From assembly GCA_963841735.1 (NCBI GenBank), contig CAWJDT010000001.1, positions 1,056,001 through 1,120,000 on the forward strand: a stretch of DNA of 64,000 nt, written 5' to 3'. Below the pieces are notes generated by a model that had not been told where the DNA came from, did no database searches, and worked only from the letters and a program-made list of their open reading frames with translations. The number at the start of each line of letters is the position of its first letter. The first letter of the stretch is position 1. Source of the stretch: an uncultured Actinomycetes bacterium. GTDB lineage: Bacteria > Actinomycetota > Thermoleophilia > RBG-16-64-13. Of this stretch, positions 40,379 through 50,740 are shown one piece after another. The translations under genes and the position numbers were made by a program.

Positions 40379-40507
40379 TCACCTCCCACCGCGTTTGGGC
40401 TGGGCCTGCAGGTTAAGTCCTCTTACTATAAAACACCTAGCGCTGATGTCACCAGTGGTTTCTGCTCTTGTTTGGAGTGAGTCCGCGGCGTCTGCAACCG
40501 TTGAGTC

Positions 40508-40566
40508 TGGCCCCGGCCTACCCCCGAACTATCCCAAAGACGCGAAAACCCGGCCTCATGGCCCGG
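40508..40566. repeat. Conserved ~60-bp element, copy A
   Basis: CCCCCGAACT.TCCCAAAGACGCGAAAACCCGGCC matches the copy at 55432. Confidence 0.8.
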
Positions 40567-40590
40567 ACCCCCGCGGCGAGGCGGGGGTCC
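40565..40590 (-). terminator. 10-bp stem hairpin after the MoxR gene
   Basis: GGACCCCCGC-N6-GCGGGGGTCC. Confidence 0.6.
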
Positions 40591-40594
40591 GTCG

Positions 40595-41575
40595 TCAGGT
40601 ATCCTCCACCGGGACCGGCACCGAGTTCACGATGTCGGTGATGATCTGCTGGGCGGTGCGGTCGCGCAGGCGCGCCTCGGTCTTCAGGATGAGGCGATGG
40701 GCCAGCGCGGCGACCGCCAAGAGTTTCACGTCATCGGGCAGGACATGGGTGCGGCCCCTCACGGCCGCCAGCGCCTGGGCGGCCCGGTGCAGGCCCAAGG
40801 AGGCCCGGGGGCTTGCCCCCAGTTTCACGTCGCCGTGCCCTCTGGTGGTTCGGACCATACGTACCATGTAGTCACGCACCGAGGGATCTACATACACGCG
40901 CCGGCAGAGCTTCTGGAGGGCGAGTAGCTCATCGGCGCCGGTCACGGCCTCCAACGTGTCGAGAGGGTTGCCCTCTCCGAAGCGGATCAGCACCGCCGCC
41001 TCCTCTTCTTCGGAGGGATAACCTATCTCCAACTGGAGCATGAAGCGGTCCAGTTGCGCCTCGGGCAGCGGGAACGTCCCCTCCAGTTCGACAGGGTTCT
41101 GGGTGGCCATGAGCATGAAGGGCCGCGGCAGATGCACGGTCTGGCGGTCGACTGTCACTTGCTGCTCCTGCATGGCTTCCAGCAGGGCCGACTGCGTGCG
41201 TGGTGTGGCGCGGTTGATCTCGTCGACGAGCACGATGTTGGCCATGATCGGCCCGGGGCGGAACTCAAAGGCGCCCTTAGCCTGGTCGTAGATCTCCACT
41301 CCGGTGATGTCGGAGGGGAGGAGGTCGGGGGTGCATTGGATGCGGCGGAAGTCGCAGCCCAGCGACTTTGCGAGCGCACGCGCGAGTACAGTCTTGCCCA
41401 CTCCGGGAACGTCTTCTACCAGGACGTTGCCTTCGCATAGGAGGGCCACCAGCATGAGCTCGGTGACCTCGCTCTTGCCCACCATCACTGCGCCCACATT
41501 GGCCACGACGCGGTCGGCGACCGACTTGACCCTAAGCGCTTCTTCCTCAGATAGCTTGTCGATGCGTGTCTCCAT
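40595..41575 (-). CDS. MoxR family AAA+ ATPase
   Basis: [27 protein letters not shown] and ATQNP. Confidence 0.95.
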   Translation of the reverse strand: METRIDKLSEEEALRVKSVADRVVANVGAVMVGKSEVTELMLVALLCEGNVLVEDVPGVGKTVLARALAKSLGCDFRRIQCTPDLLPSDITGVEIYDQAKGAFEFRPGPIMANIVLVDEINRATPRTQSALLEAMQEQQVTVDRQTVHLPRPFMLMATQNPVELEGTFPLPEAQLDRFMLQLEIGYPSEEEEAAVLIRFGEGNPLDTLEAVTGADELLALQKLCRRVYVDPSVRDYMVRMVRTTRGHGDVKLGASPRASLGLHRAAQALAAVRGRTHVLPDDVKLLAVAALAHRLILKTEARLRDRTAQQIITDIVNSVPVPVEDT

Positions 41576-42959
41576 TACCCTCCGCCTTGTCCGCGGGGCG
41601 GCTCGTCGGTCTGCTGTCGACCGTGCGCGCTGCTCCGCGTTTGAGTCTGTGCCGGCTCTCTCTTGCCTGGTGGAGCTCCGCGTCCGTGGGTGTTTCCGCT
41701 CCATACTTAGCTCGTACGTAGGTCTCGGTGATAAGGGTCACGTCCGCTCCATGCCCGGGGAGCGCAACGCAGAGTATCTGCTGGTATTCAAAGGGAGTCT
41801 GAGACGATCCACGCGGCAATCCCGACTCTGTTCCCCAGCGTAGCATGTCGGCGTAGAGGCGGCGCACGCAGGTGATCTGCGCAGGCTCCTCATGCGGTTT
41901 TCGGCGAAGCCTGCCGAGAGACAGTAGGCCGCTCACCCAGGCAAGCATCCGGCGGAACAGCCTGGCAAGGTCAAGTCGGAACGCGCCCCTCAGAGACTCC
42001 ATCTCCACTGTGCCGGCGCCCGCTCTCCGACGCATCCAATCGAACAACTGAGAAGTGACCCGCCAAGCGGCCGCAAGCACCACTCCGATGACCATGATGT
42101 AGTAGATGATTCGAAAGGGGCTCCACCGTCGCGACGGTGGCTGCGGTGGCCCCGGGGAGAGACCTTGCTCCGCCGGAGGCGGGACCACCGGGCCGGAGGA
42201 GGTCTCGGAGCCGGGTGACGGAAAGATGCTGGCCACGAGGTCGAACAGTCGGTCGATGAGCCCCCCCAGGGCGCGGATGCCTCTGACGATGAGCTGCATC
42301 AGCTCCGGGGAGAAAAGAAAGCCGGCGAAGACTCCCAACATGAGCACGAGGGCCACGCTGACGAAGAGCATCCCCCACCAACTGCCGCCTCTCCGGGCGA
42401 ATAGGGGACCACCCTCGTCGCTCACTCGAGCGGCGGCGGCTCCCACGAGGCCACAAGCGACGAAGGCAACGGCGGTGGGGATCGCCGCCGACAGGTCGAC
42501 GTCGACCTCGTAGCCGACGAATAGCGAGCCGGCCAGTATGAAGAGGCCGAATTGGAACCCGCTCACGACGGTCTTGTAAGTCATGCGGCCGCTCGCAAGG
42601 CGGGCTCCTAGCCACCAAAGAACGCCGGCCGCCAAAACGACGAACGCCGCCGCGCCGGCTCTGTGAGGCATGCCACTGAAGCCGCCGAGTATCGCCACGA
42701 GCAGGAGGAGGGTCGCGAGCGGCCAGGCAAGCCAAGAAAGCACCGTGGTGGTGCGGGGGGAGCGGCCCATAGCGCCCAGTCCGAGAGTCCATGCGAACGA
42801 GGCGGCATAGATCAGCAAGAGCGGAGGCACTGCGACGGCGACCCCCAGTCCCTGGCTCGCGGTGTGCAGCAATGTGTAGAGCCAGGCGAATTCCAGGCCG
42901 GCTACGGCGGCAGTCGCAATCACGGCTCGTCCCCGCGTTTGAACGCATTCTCCGGCCAT
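41547..42959 (-). CDS. Membrane protein with C-terminal DUF4129
   Basis: Multiple TM; C-terminal VRRLYA...QTPFEY...YVRAKYG. Confidence 0.8.
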   Translation of the reverse strand: MAGECVQTRGRAVIATAAVAGLEFAWLYTLLHTASQGLGVAVAVPPLLLIYAASFAWTLGLGAMGRSPRTTTVLSWLAWPLATLLLLVAILGGFSGMPHRAGAAAFVVLAAGVLWWLGARLASGRMTYKTVVSGFQFGLFILAGSLFVGYEVDVDLSAAIPTAVAFVACGLVGAAAARVSDEGGPLFARRGGSWWGMLFVSVALVLMLGVFAGFLFSPELMQLIVRGIRALGGLIDRLFDLVASIFPSPGSETSSGPVVPPPAEQGLSPGPPQPPSRRWSPFRIIYYIMVIGVVLAAAWRVTSQLFDWMRRRAGAGTVEMESLRGAFRLDLARLFRRMLAWVSGLLSLGRLRRKPHEEPAQITCVRRLYADMLRWGTESGLPRGSSQTPFEYQQILCVALPGHGADVTLITETYVRAKYGAETPTDAELHQARESRHRLKRGAARTVDSRPTSRPADKAEGNGDTHRQAI

Positions 42960-44293
42960 CAGGCCACCGCGGCTTCGTCGGAGGTTGCTTCCACCGCTGC
43001 CGCGGCCGCTTCATCATCTCCGGATGTCGCGGGCCGGCTGATCTGGTGCCAGCGCACGCCGGGCGCGTGGGGGGCCTGGCTCTGCGCGCCCAGGTGGAAC
43101 CCCAGGACGCGTCTTTGCGCCCTGGCGAGATCGTCCATCAGCAACTCGATGGCCGGCGATGCCTCGCCCACAACGAAGACCAGGGTGCCGCCGAACCCCA
43201 GTTTGCTGCGCTCGCGGTCGAAGAAGTCGACGAATACGTGGTCCACGTCCGCGGTGGTCTTGGCAAGCGCCTCCAAGATGAGCGCAAGGTGGGCATTGCC
43301 GCTACTCGGCGCGATGCACGCGGGGTGCTGAGTGTCGGCCAACTTGGTGTTGGCGAAGAACCCGGTCTGCACATCTCTCTCGAGAAGGTGGCGGGCTACG
43401 GAAGCGGCCGTGCTGATCCCCAGTTCGAGATCCTCTTGAGATCGGTCCGCAAAGCTGTCAATAGCCAAGAACACGTCGACCTTGAGGTCGGTGGTGAATT
43501 CAAACAGCTTCACCTGGAGCGCTCGGTTGCGCGCAGTCGCCTTCCAGTGGATGCGGCGCGGGCTGTCGCCGTGCTCATACTCGCGCACCCCCATGAGGCG
43601 CGACGGATCGTCGAACACGCGCCGCTCCGACTTGGCGTCGCCCAGATGGGAGAGCGAGGGGATGCTGAGTTCTGTGAGCGTATACATGCGCGGATAGACT
43701 ATGAGGTGATCGATGTCGGACTGCACACGGCTACGTGGATGGAGACCGAAGATGTCGCCGGATGTCACCGTGAGGGGACCCAGACGATAGTAGCCGCGGG
43801 CCGACGAGTTCAGCCGCTGAGTGAAGGTGGCGGCAGAGTACCAGAGTAGAGGAGTCGATTGAGACAGAGTCACAAAGCCCGGCCGCTCCGCCGCTTCGGC
43901 CAACGGGTCCCCGCCGGCCCCGGCCGCGGGGCGGCCGGGCTGAAAGGATGGACCGGCCGGCAGGCCGGTGGACGTGGTCGCGGGAGTCACCAGCGAAGCC
44001 GGCACCTCGTCCTGGATCTCGATCCAAGGGAGCGGGAGTAACTTGCGATTGACCACGCGTAGCGTCAAGAACACTTCGTCACCGGGGAATACCCGTTGCT
44101 CGCTGAGCCGGCGCTCGCAAGTAACGCCCTTCAGACATAGATAGCTCCACAGCTTGGCCACGAGAGCCGCGGACAGCGCCAATCCAAGGAGCACCACGAT
44201 CGCCGAGTAACCGGCCCACGCAGCCAGTGCGAGTGCCCCGAAGCCTGTGATGATGACGGCGTTGTGAAGGAGGGGGCTAACGGGTCTTGCCAT
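42959..44293 (-). CDS. DUF58 family protein (MoxR-associated)
   Basis: VREYEHGDSPRRIHWKATAR and RGYYRLGP. Confidence 0.9.
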   Translation of the reverse strand: MARPVSPLLHNAVIITGFGALALAAWAGYSAIVVLLGLALSAALVAKLWSYLCLKGVTCERRLSEQRVFPGDEVFLTLRVVNRKLLPLPWIEIQDEVPASLVTPATTSTGLPAGPSFQPGRPAAGAGGDPLAEAAERPGFVTLSQSTPLLWYSAATFTQRLNSSARGYYRLGPLTVTSGDIFGLHPRSRVQSDIDHLIVYPRMYTLTELSIPSLSHLGDAKSERRVFDDPSRLMGVREYEHGDSPRRIHWKATARNRALQVKLFEFTTDLKVDVFLAIDSFADRSQEDLELGISTAASVARHLLERDVQTGFFANTKLADTQHPACIAPSSGNAHLALILEALAKTTADVDHVFVDFFDRERSKLGFGGTLVFVVGEASPAIELLMDDLARAQRRVLGFHLGAQSQAPHAPGVRWHQISRPATSGDDEAAAAAVEATSDEAAVA

Positions 44294-44391
44294 GGGGTGC
44301 GCATTCTACCACCGGGAGTCGCGGGCACCGGCGCCATGGCCGGCGCCGCGGGAGGCGCCCTCAGCGCCTTGTCACGCCCACTGCTGTTCTG

Positions 44392-45042
44392 TCAGCCGTC
44401 CTCGCTCGAGTGGACCTGCTCCCACCACTTGTAGTGGTGCTCCTTTGCCGTCTGCTCGTCCAGCCGGCCGGAGAACATGGAGGCCAGGTACTTCGTCCCG
44501 CCCTTGAGCAGCACGACATGACCGACGTGTCCGGCCAGGACGACCACAGCGCCGATGACAAAACCCACGTGGACGCCCACTGTCGCCTCAAACGCCCCTT
44601 CGCTCAGGCGGCCGCGCCCGGCGAAGAGAAGAACGCATCCGGTGACCACGATGCCAAGGGCGAGCACGGCGGCCAGCACGGTGGCCAGCTTCTGCCCCGC
44701 GTTGAAGCGGCCCTGTGGCGGCATCTCCCGGCGTAAGAGGGCGCCTCCGAGCACGGCCTTGCGCAGCCAGAGGCGGTCGTCGGCATCCCAATGGGTGATC
44801 TCCCGAAGGTCATCGACGAGTCGCCTTCTTGCGAAGAGCAGAAAGAGCACCAGCGGGAGCCCCACCATAACCAGGCCGATAGCGCCATGTATCGTGGCTC
44901 CATTGCCGGCGGCAGACGCAGACTCTTCGCGCCCCTCGCCCGCAGCCGATGCGGAAACGAGCGCTGCGACGAACAGCACTACGTACGCCCAGTGGCCTAT
45001 CCTCTCAGTCAGGACCCAGCGGAATATCCCCTTGTTTGCCAT
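44392..45042 (-). CDS. Cytochrome b (formate dehydrogenase gamma subunit-like)
   Basis: ERIGHW, IHG, PPQGRFNAGQK, His residues in the last TM helix and HHYKWW. Confidence 0.82.
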   Translation of the reverse strand: MANKGIFRWVLTERIGHWAYVVLFVAALVSASAAGEGREESASAAGNGATIHGAIGLVMVGLPLVLFLLFARRRLVDDLREITHWDADDRLWLRKAVLGGALLRREMPPQGRFNAGQKLATVLAAVLALGIVVTGCVLLFAGRGRLSEGAFEATVGVHVGFVIGAVVVLAGHVGHVVLLKGGTKYLASMFSGRLDEQTAKEHHYKWWEQVHSSEDG

Positions 45043-45317
45043 GTGGCGCTCTCCATGATCGGTCGAGTTCTCTTGGCTATTGTGTACGCTAGGCAGGTAC
45101 TACCCAAGCAGCGCTGGTTCGACTCGCGATGGATCATGGGAGCGCCGCCTGGGCCGGGCGATAGGACGCTCTAGCTCACCATGCATTGCCCTTTGCCGAA
45201 CGCCCCGGTGCCCCGCATCTCTTCAACAATGATACTGTCGGCGCATCTCGGTGCTGCGAAGATCCGCGGCGTGGCGATACAATCGGTGGCAATCGACACC
45301 CAACGTGGAGGCAGATC

Positions 45318-46832
45318 TTGGCTAGGCCGGTAGGCTTTGACAACGAGAGGTATCTGGAGGAGCAGAGTCGTGCGATCGTGGAACGCGCGAGCACGCTCGG
45401 CGGCAAGCTCTACCTCGAGTTCGGGGGGAAGATCGCATACGACTACCACGCCGCTCGGGTGCTTCCCGGCTATGACCCGAACGTCAAGATCAGCCTGCTG
45501 CGGCGGTTGAGGGAGCAGGCCGAGATCGTGGTCTGCATCTACGCCGGCGCCATCGAGCAGCGCAAGATGCGGGCCGACTTCGGTATCCCCTACGATCAGG
45601 ACGTGCTGAAGCTTATCGACGACCTGCGCGATTGGGATCTGCTGGTGCGTGCGGTGGTCATCACCCGCTACGAGGACCAGCCCTCGGCGCGCGTTTTCAA
45701 AGCGCGGCTCGAGCGTCGTGGCCTCCCCGTCTACACCCACCGGTTCACGCGCGGGTATCCCACCGATGTCGACCGTATCGTGAGCGACGAGGGGTACGGG
45801 GCGAACGAATACATCCCCACGGAGCGGCCGGTGGTGGTCGTGGCAGGCCCGGGCCCGGGGAGCGGCAAGCTGGCGACGTGCCTCTCCCAGCTCTACCACG
45901 AGCACCGGCGGGGGACAACGGCCGGCTATGCCAAGTTTGAGACTTTCCCTATCTGGAACCTGCCGGTCAAACACCCGGTGAACGTGGCGTACGAAGCCGC
46001 GACTGTGGAGTTGCGGGATGTCAATCTCATAGACCCGTTCCACCTGGAGGCGTACGGGGAGAAGGCGGTCAACTACAACCGCGACGTCGAGGCGTTCCCC
46101 CTTCTTGCCAGGATACTTCAGCGCATCGGAAGTGCGGCCGGCTACCGCTCGCCCACCGATATGGGGGTCAACCGCGCGGGCTTCGCGATCGCCGACGATG
46201 ACTTGGTGCGCGCCGCGGCCGGGCAGGAGATCATCCGCCGGCATTTTCGGTACGCGTGTGAGTACGCGGTGGGGCTGGTGGAGCGGGAGGATGCCGACCG
46301 CTCACAGCTGATCATGAGCGAGCTGGGGCTGGATGAGACGAAGCGCAGCGTGGTGCCGCCCGCGCGCCAGGCGGCCGCCGACGGTGAGGCTCGGTACAAG
46401 GGCAACGACGGGGTCTTCTGCGGCGCGGCGATCGCTCTACGCGACGGCAGCATCGTCACCGGGAAGAACTCTCCGCTGATGCACGCCGCCTCGGCCGTGG
46501 TGCTGAACGCGGTGAAACATCTCTCCCACATCCCGGACGACATGCCCCTGCTCACACCCAACGTGATGGAGTCCATTGCCGGGATGAAGAAGAACATCCT
46601 GCGGATGAAAGCTGTGAGCCTCGACCTGGACGAGATGCTGATAGCCCTAGGCATCAGCGCCACGACTAACCCGGCGGCATCCCTGGCGCTGGAGCAACTG
46701 AAAGCACTCGTGGGCTGCGAGTTCCACACCACCCACATCCCGACAGCCGGGGACGAGGCGGGGCTGCGCAAGCTAGGGCTCAACGCAACCAGTGACTCCC
46801 AGTTCGCGACGCGGTCCTTGGTGATCGGGTAG
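45318..46832 (+). CDS. DUF1846 (UPF0371) family protein
   Basis: KLYLEFGGK, GPGPGSGKLATCLSQLYHE and YAKFETFPIWNLP. Confidence 0.9.
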   Translation: MARPVGFDNERYLEEQSRAIVERASTLGGKLYLEFGGKIAYDYHAARVLPGYDPNVKISLLRRLREQAEIVVCIYAGAIEQRKMRADFGIPYDQDVLKLIDDLRDWDLLVRAVVITRYEDQPSARVFKARLERRGLPVYTHRFTRGYPTDVDRIVSDEGYGANEYIPTERPVVVVAGPGPGSGKLATCLSQLYHEHRRGTTAGYAKFETFPIWNLPVKHPVNVAYEAATVELRDVNLIDPFHLEAYGEKAVNYNRDVEAFPLLARILQRIGSAAGYRSPTDMGVNRAGFAIADDDLVRAAAGQEIIRRHFRYACEYAVGLVEREDADRSQLIMSELGLDETKRSVVPPARQAAADGEARYKGNDGVFCGAAIALRDGSIVTGKNSPLMHAASAVVLNAVKHLSHIPDDMPLLTPNVMESIAGMKKNILRMKAVSLDLDEMLIALGISATTNPAASLALEQLKALVGCEFHTTHIPTAGDEAGLRKLGLNATSDSQFATRSLVIG

Positions 46833-46857
46833 GGCGACGCTGCGGTCGCCCCGATGA

Positions 46858-46892
46858 CGCGAAGACCCGGTCTCGCCGACCGGGTCTTCGCG
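46858..46892. terminator. Perfect 15-bp hairpin between convergent genes
   Basis: CGCGAAGACCCGGTC-TCGCC-GACCGGGTCTTCGCG. Confidence 0.75.
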
Positions 46893-46900
46893 GGTGAGTC

Positions 46901-47155
46901 TCAGCTGCTATGCGCCGGCCGCTGCTCTTGCCGGCTCTTCTGCAGGTACTCGATGTACTTGCGGATGTAGCGCATGAAGAGGATGGCGCGGTCTTGGGCA
47001 AAGAAGGTCGCTGTGCCCGCCTCGGAGACGGGAACCGGGAACTCGAACCCGCACTCGGTGCCGTACCACAGCTGTCCGTCGCGGTAGAAGAGGAACGAGA
47101 CCTTCTGGTTGTCTTTGACCATGTCCTTGATGCTTCTTGTGTTGAGGCCGCTCAT
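46901..47155 (-). CDS. Small hypothetical protein, 84 aa
   Basis: AGGAG RBS; motif FYRDGQLWY.TECGFEFPVP...ATFFAQDRAILFMRYIRK. Confidence 0.8.
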   Translation of the reverse strand: MSGLNTRSIKDMVKDNQKVSFLFYRDGQLWYGTECGFEFPVPVSEAGTATFFAQDRAILFMRYIRKYIEYLQKSRQEQRPAHSS

Positions 47156-47438
47156 GCCGTAGCTCCTGTCTGTGATATCGGATGTATCAAGGAGGGAGGG
47201 GCGGCCCGAAGCCTCGGCTCTACAAAATGCAGCAGTCAGCGCGAGGGCAGACGCAGCATTCTGTCAAGGGATTTGAGTTGCGCGCAGAGTCGGAGGCTAG
47301 CGAGCCGCCGGCGGATCCGGAAAGTCGTCCGGCAGGACGACTGCACCTCGTATAGAGAAGAAGCTATGTGTATTCGCTGTGCGCATGGCTGCGGGATTAT
47401 AGCCAGCCCCTTGGGGCACGTCAAAGCTGCCCCCTAAG

Positions 47439-47480
47439 CGGAGAGGGGGGCGCGAATTCCCGGAACCGCTTGCGCGGTGT
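47439..47480 (-). repeat. Displaced, degenerate tRNA-Ser 3' half (att-like site)
   Basis: CGGAGAGGGGGG.GCGAATTCCCGGAACCGCTTGCGCGG aligns with the tRNA-Ser 3' end at 55527-55570. Confidence 0.8.
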
Positions 47481-47558
47481 ACCCGGGCACATGGGCTCAG
47501 GGGCGAGCGCCACCCCTACCCGGATAGCACTCAGTGATACTCAGTTGACGAAGGTTGG

Positions 47559-50501
47559 TCAATTCCTGCCGGAAAGGACGCGGTCGACGATTTCGTCGAC
47601 CAAGAGCAGGACGTTGGTCTTTTGCGACTGTGCGAGATACGAAACGACAAGGTATCGGTCACGTGTCCACCAGACACCCGTACTAGTGTACGAAACGTTA
47701 CCCACGGTGGCGCTAGCCGTCGATCCGCTTCCTGCGACGCCGTTGATCGTTACCTTGAAGAGGGAGATGCGAGGCACGACCTCTCTTCCTGAGAGATCGT
47801 AGATGGGCAGCACAGAACCCTTGAAGAAGGGTGAGCCAAGGCTATCGCTAACTTGCTTTGGAGTCTGCAATCCGTAGATCGTCACCACGCCGCCTTCGCC
47901 CTGGTAGTTGAACCCCACCTCCCATGCCTCGCACCCCGAACCGTTGTATATGTTGAAGTAGTCAGGGTGGTACTCCAACGTGATAACCGTGACCCCCGCA
48001 TCCTCGAGAGCAGCCCGTAGTGTCAGGTCGGTGAGCGACGTGGGCACTGTCACCGTGACGGGCGGAGCGGTCGTCGTGGTCGGTGCTGACGTGGTGGTGG
48101 TCGATGCCTCGGGGGAGGCGGCTACTAGAGGCCATTTATTGCCCGCCCGATCGACCACCTGCACCACCAACGTGTCGCCTGCGTTGATCTGATCGCTCTC
48201 AAAACGCTGACGCAAGCCGTCGGCCGGAACGGGGACGGGCGACGCGGTCAAACGCACGCCGTCCTTGTAGACGTGGTAGCCGTGGATGAGATCCTTGGGC
48301 ATGTTGCCCAGCTTGGCAGTGGACCAGGTGACCGCCCCGTCCTCCACCTCGGTGACCGGAGGCGGCCGCAAGAGATAGTACACGACCTCCACCTGGGCGG
48401 TCTGGGTGGTGCTGGTGTTGGCGATCAGTTGCTCCAGCTGTTTCTTCCTACTATCTAAGCTATCCATGCGGCCGAAGTCCGCCACTGTGAGGGTTTGGGG
48501 ATAGGGAAAGCCCAGACCCGCGTCTATGGCCACCGCGCTTTGATAGGCGGCGTTGTTGGTGGCGACAAAGTCGTAGGCGGCGGACTGAAGTGCGCCTCCG
48601 GTCGAGCCGCTGCCGTCGATCACGAGCAAGGCGTTGTCACTGTTGCGCCCCTGCAAGTAGACACCTGTCGTGCTAAGCGGCGGCAGGGCGCGGGTGAGCT
48701 TGATGTAGGTGGTGTACTCGTCGAAGTCAGTGGCAGAAGCGTGCTGCTGCTTGCTCGCATAGGTGGTGACGTTGGACTTGAAAGTGCGGTTGGCCCCGCC
48801 GAAGTCTTCTGGCGCGGACATGAGTGCGCGCACATACGCCCCGTAGGCCGCCCCGATACCGCCGGGCTCTCCGTGCAGCTCCAGAGCTCTACTGAACTCA
48901 GCCACGTCATCCCGGCTCGAAGGATGATCCGAGCCGTCGACAATGACTGTGGGCACCAGCGACGCGCCGTAGCGCTTGGAGCACCAGTCGAGAAAATGGG
49001 CGGCGGCATAGTAGCTGGAGACGTCCGAGGTGGTGAGCGGGATGGAAAGATAGACGTCAGCGACCACCGACGGACTGGCGTAGTGCAGGCCCCGCTCGGC
49101 CTCAGAGAGACCGCGGGCCCGCGCGGCCAGATATTCGGCGGCGGCTTCGAAGAACCAGCGGTTGGTGGCGGCACCGCCGCCGGTATAGTACTGATCGCAG
49201 AGAAGATGGGTGAGCTCATGGGTCGCCACCTGTTCCAACTCTTTGTAGCTGCCGAGCCGGCTGTTGGAGATCTTGACGGTTCCCCAGAACAAGCTGGTGC
49301 TTCCTTCGACCGCGCCGGTGTTGGTGACCAGCACTTCTTGGGCCCCGTCCATCTGTCGGAACAGAGTAAGCGCGGCCGTGAATTGCCTGATCTCAAGCAA
49401 GCCTGCATAGCCGGTTTCCAGGGCATGCGACAGGTCTTCCACGTAGTCAGGCACCTTGGGCAGACTGACCCAGGGGTTGCTCGAGGGCCAGTCTGCATCC
49501 TTGCGGACACTGTACGACACGCCGGATATGGGGTAGTAGGTAACTTCGAACTTGTGGTCGCCGGCAGGGACGTAGGTCATCCAGTTGCTCATGAAGTGAA
49601 GACGGATGCGGTAGCGAGACTGGGTGGATCCAGAAGCCAGCGCGGTTGCGGGCGCCCGTCTGGGCGGATACCGGCCGACGGCCACCTGAGCAGACGTTGG
49701 GGGTGAGACGGCCGGCGCTAGGGCCACCCGGCTGCCGGCGGCATAGGAAGCATAGGGAACATCGAACATCACCCGCTGGGTGGTCTCGTCATAGTCCACC
49801 ACCCGACCTACCGGCTCCCACTGGCCGCTTACCGGATCAAGCGCCTCCGGCGTCAGCCCGGCCGGATCCCACCCGGCAGGCAGTAGGTCTGTCGCCAAGG
49901 GCAAGGCTACGATCACATCACCGCTGAGGGCAGAAGCATCGTTCGCCCGGAGTGCGTACTCACCCGAGACCACCTGGGAGTCGTCAACGATCTGACCGGA
50001 GGGAGCCGTGACCTGGGTGAGGGTCGCATCTGGTCCAGGGGTCCCCCCGAAGGCCGGGAAGGTGACCGTCGCTCCGTCTGCCGCGGTCACCACCACCGGG
50101 TCAAGTGAGGCCTGCGCGATACCAGCCCCGCTGCTTCCATCATGCAGGAGGCCGAAGTAGATTCCGAATCCAGCGCCCACGATGATGAGCGCAACGACCG
50201 GGAGCAGCCAGGCGAGCACGGAGGCGCTGCGCTGCGGCGGCGACGGGACGGAGGGTAGCAGAAGCGTGGGCGCCGGCGCTGCCGTCCCGGCCGGCTGCCG
50301 CTCGCCAGTGAGTCCCGGCACCTGAGAGGCGGGGAGCCACTCCGGCAGCTCTATGTTCCACACCAGATCGTTCGGGCCGATGGTCCCATTCTGGGCATAC
50401 GTGTAGAGTTGTCCCCAGGAGAGGGGGCCGGTCTGAAGACCAGCGGGTGAGCCTTCTTTGCGGTGGTACCAGCCGTATGCCAGTGAGCGTGTCTCGGCCA
50501 C
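47559..50501 (-). CDS. GYF_2 (DUF4339)-like domain membrane protein with an extracellular zincin metallopeptidase motif
   Basis: GPLSWGQL...DLVW...LPEWLPASQVPGL, a TM segment, HELTH...WFFEAAAEY and a Thr-rich linker. Confidence 0.78.
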   Translation of the reverse strand: MAETRSLAYGWYHRKEGSPAGLQTGPLSWGQLYTYAQNGTIGPNDLVWNIELPEWLPASQVPGLTGERQPAGTAAPAPTLLLPSVPSPPQRSASVLAWLLPVVALIIVGAGFGIYFGLLHDGSSGAGIAQASLDPVVVTAADGATVTFPAFGGTPGPDATLTQVTAPSGQIVDDSQVVSGEYALRANDASALSGDVIVALPLATDLLPAGWDPAGLTPEALDPVSGQWEPVGRVVDYDETTQRVMFDVPYASYAAGSRVALAPAVSPPTSAQVAVGRYPPRRAPATALASGSTQSRYRIRLHFMSNWMTYVPAGDHKFEVTYYPISGVSYSVRKDADWPSSNPWVSLPKVPDYVEDLSHALETGYAGLLEIRQFTAALTLFRQMDGAQEVLVTNTGAVEGSTSLFWGTVKISNSRLGSYKELEQVATHELTHLLCDQYYTGGGAATNRWFFEAAAEYLAARARGLSEAERGLHYASPSVVADVYLSIPLTTSDVSSYYAAAHFLDWCSKRYGASLVPTVIVDGSDHPSSRDDVAEFSRALELHGEPGGIGAAYGAYVRALMSAPEDFGGANRTFKSNVTTYASKQQHASATDFDEYTTYIKLTRALPPLSTTGVYLQGRNSDNALLVIDGSGSTGGALQSAAYDFVATNNAAYQSAVAIDAGLGFPYPQTLTVADFGRMDSLDSRKKQLEQLIANTSTTQTAQVEVVYYLLRPPPVTEVEDGAVTWSTAKLGNMPKDLIHGYHVYKDGVRLTASPVPVPADGLRQRFESDQINAGDTLVVQVVDRAGNKWPLVAASPEASTTTTSAPTTTTAPPVTVTVPTSLTDLTLRAALEDAGVTVITLEYHPDYFNIYNGSGCEAWEVGFNYQGEGGVVTIYGLQTPKQVSDSLGSPFFKGSVLPIYDLSGREVVPRISLFKVTINGVAGSGSTASATVGNVSYTSTGVWWTRDRYLVVSYLAQSQKTNVLLLVDEIVDRVLSGRN

Positions 50502-50684
50502 GGTGCCTCCCACTAGGTTAGGCGATCCCGCGCGCCTTGTCGCCCAGGAGTTGCCGTCCTTCATTGTAGGAGAAAGTCGTAGAAGAGCCAACCGGGAAGA
50601 CGGCTATCGACGTCGGGTGGGTTGGTGGGTGCGATCTCGTCCGCCCCATTCGGTCCCCTGGTGACGTCCGCTTGTGAGTGTTGT

Positions 50685-50740
50685 CGACTTTGCCCCCGAA
50701 CTCGCCCCAAAGACGCCAGAACCCGGTCTCAGCGACCTGG
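50685..50740. repeat. Conserved ~60-bp element, copy B
   Basis: TTGCCCCCGAACTCGCCCCAAAGACGCCAGAACCCGGTC matches the copy at 55432. Confidence 0.82.
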
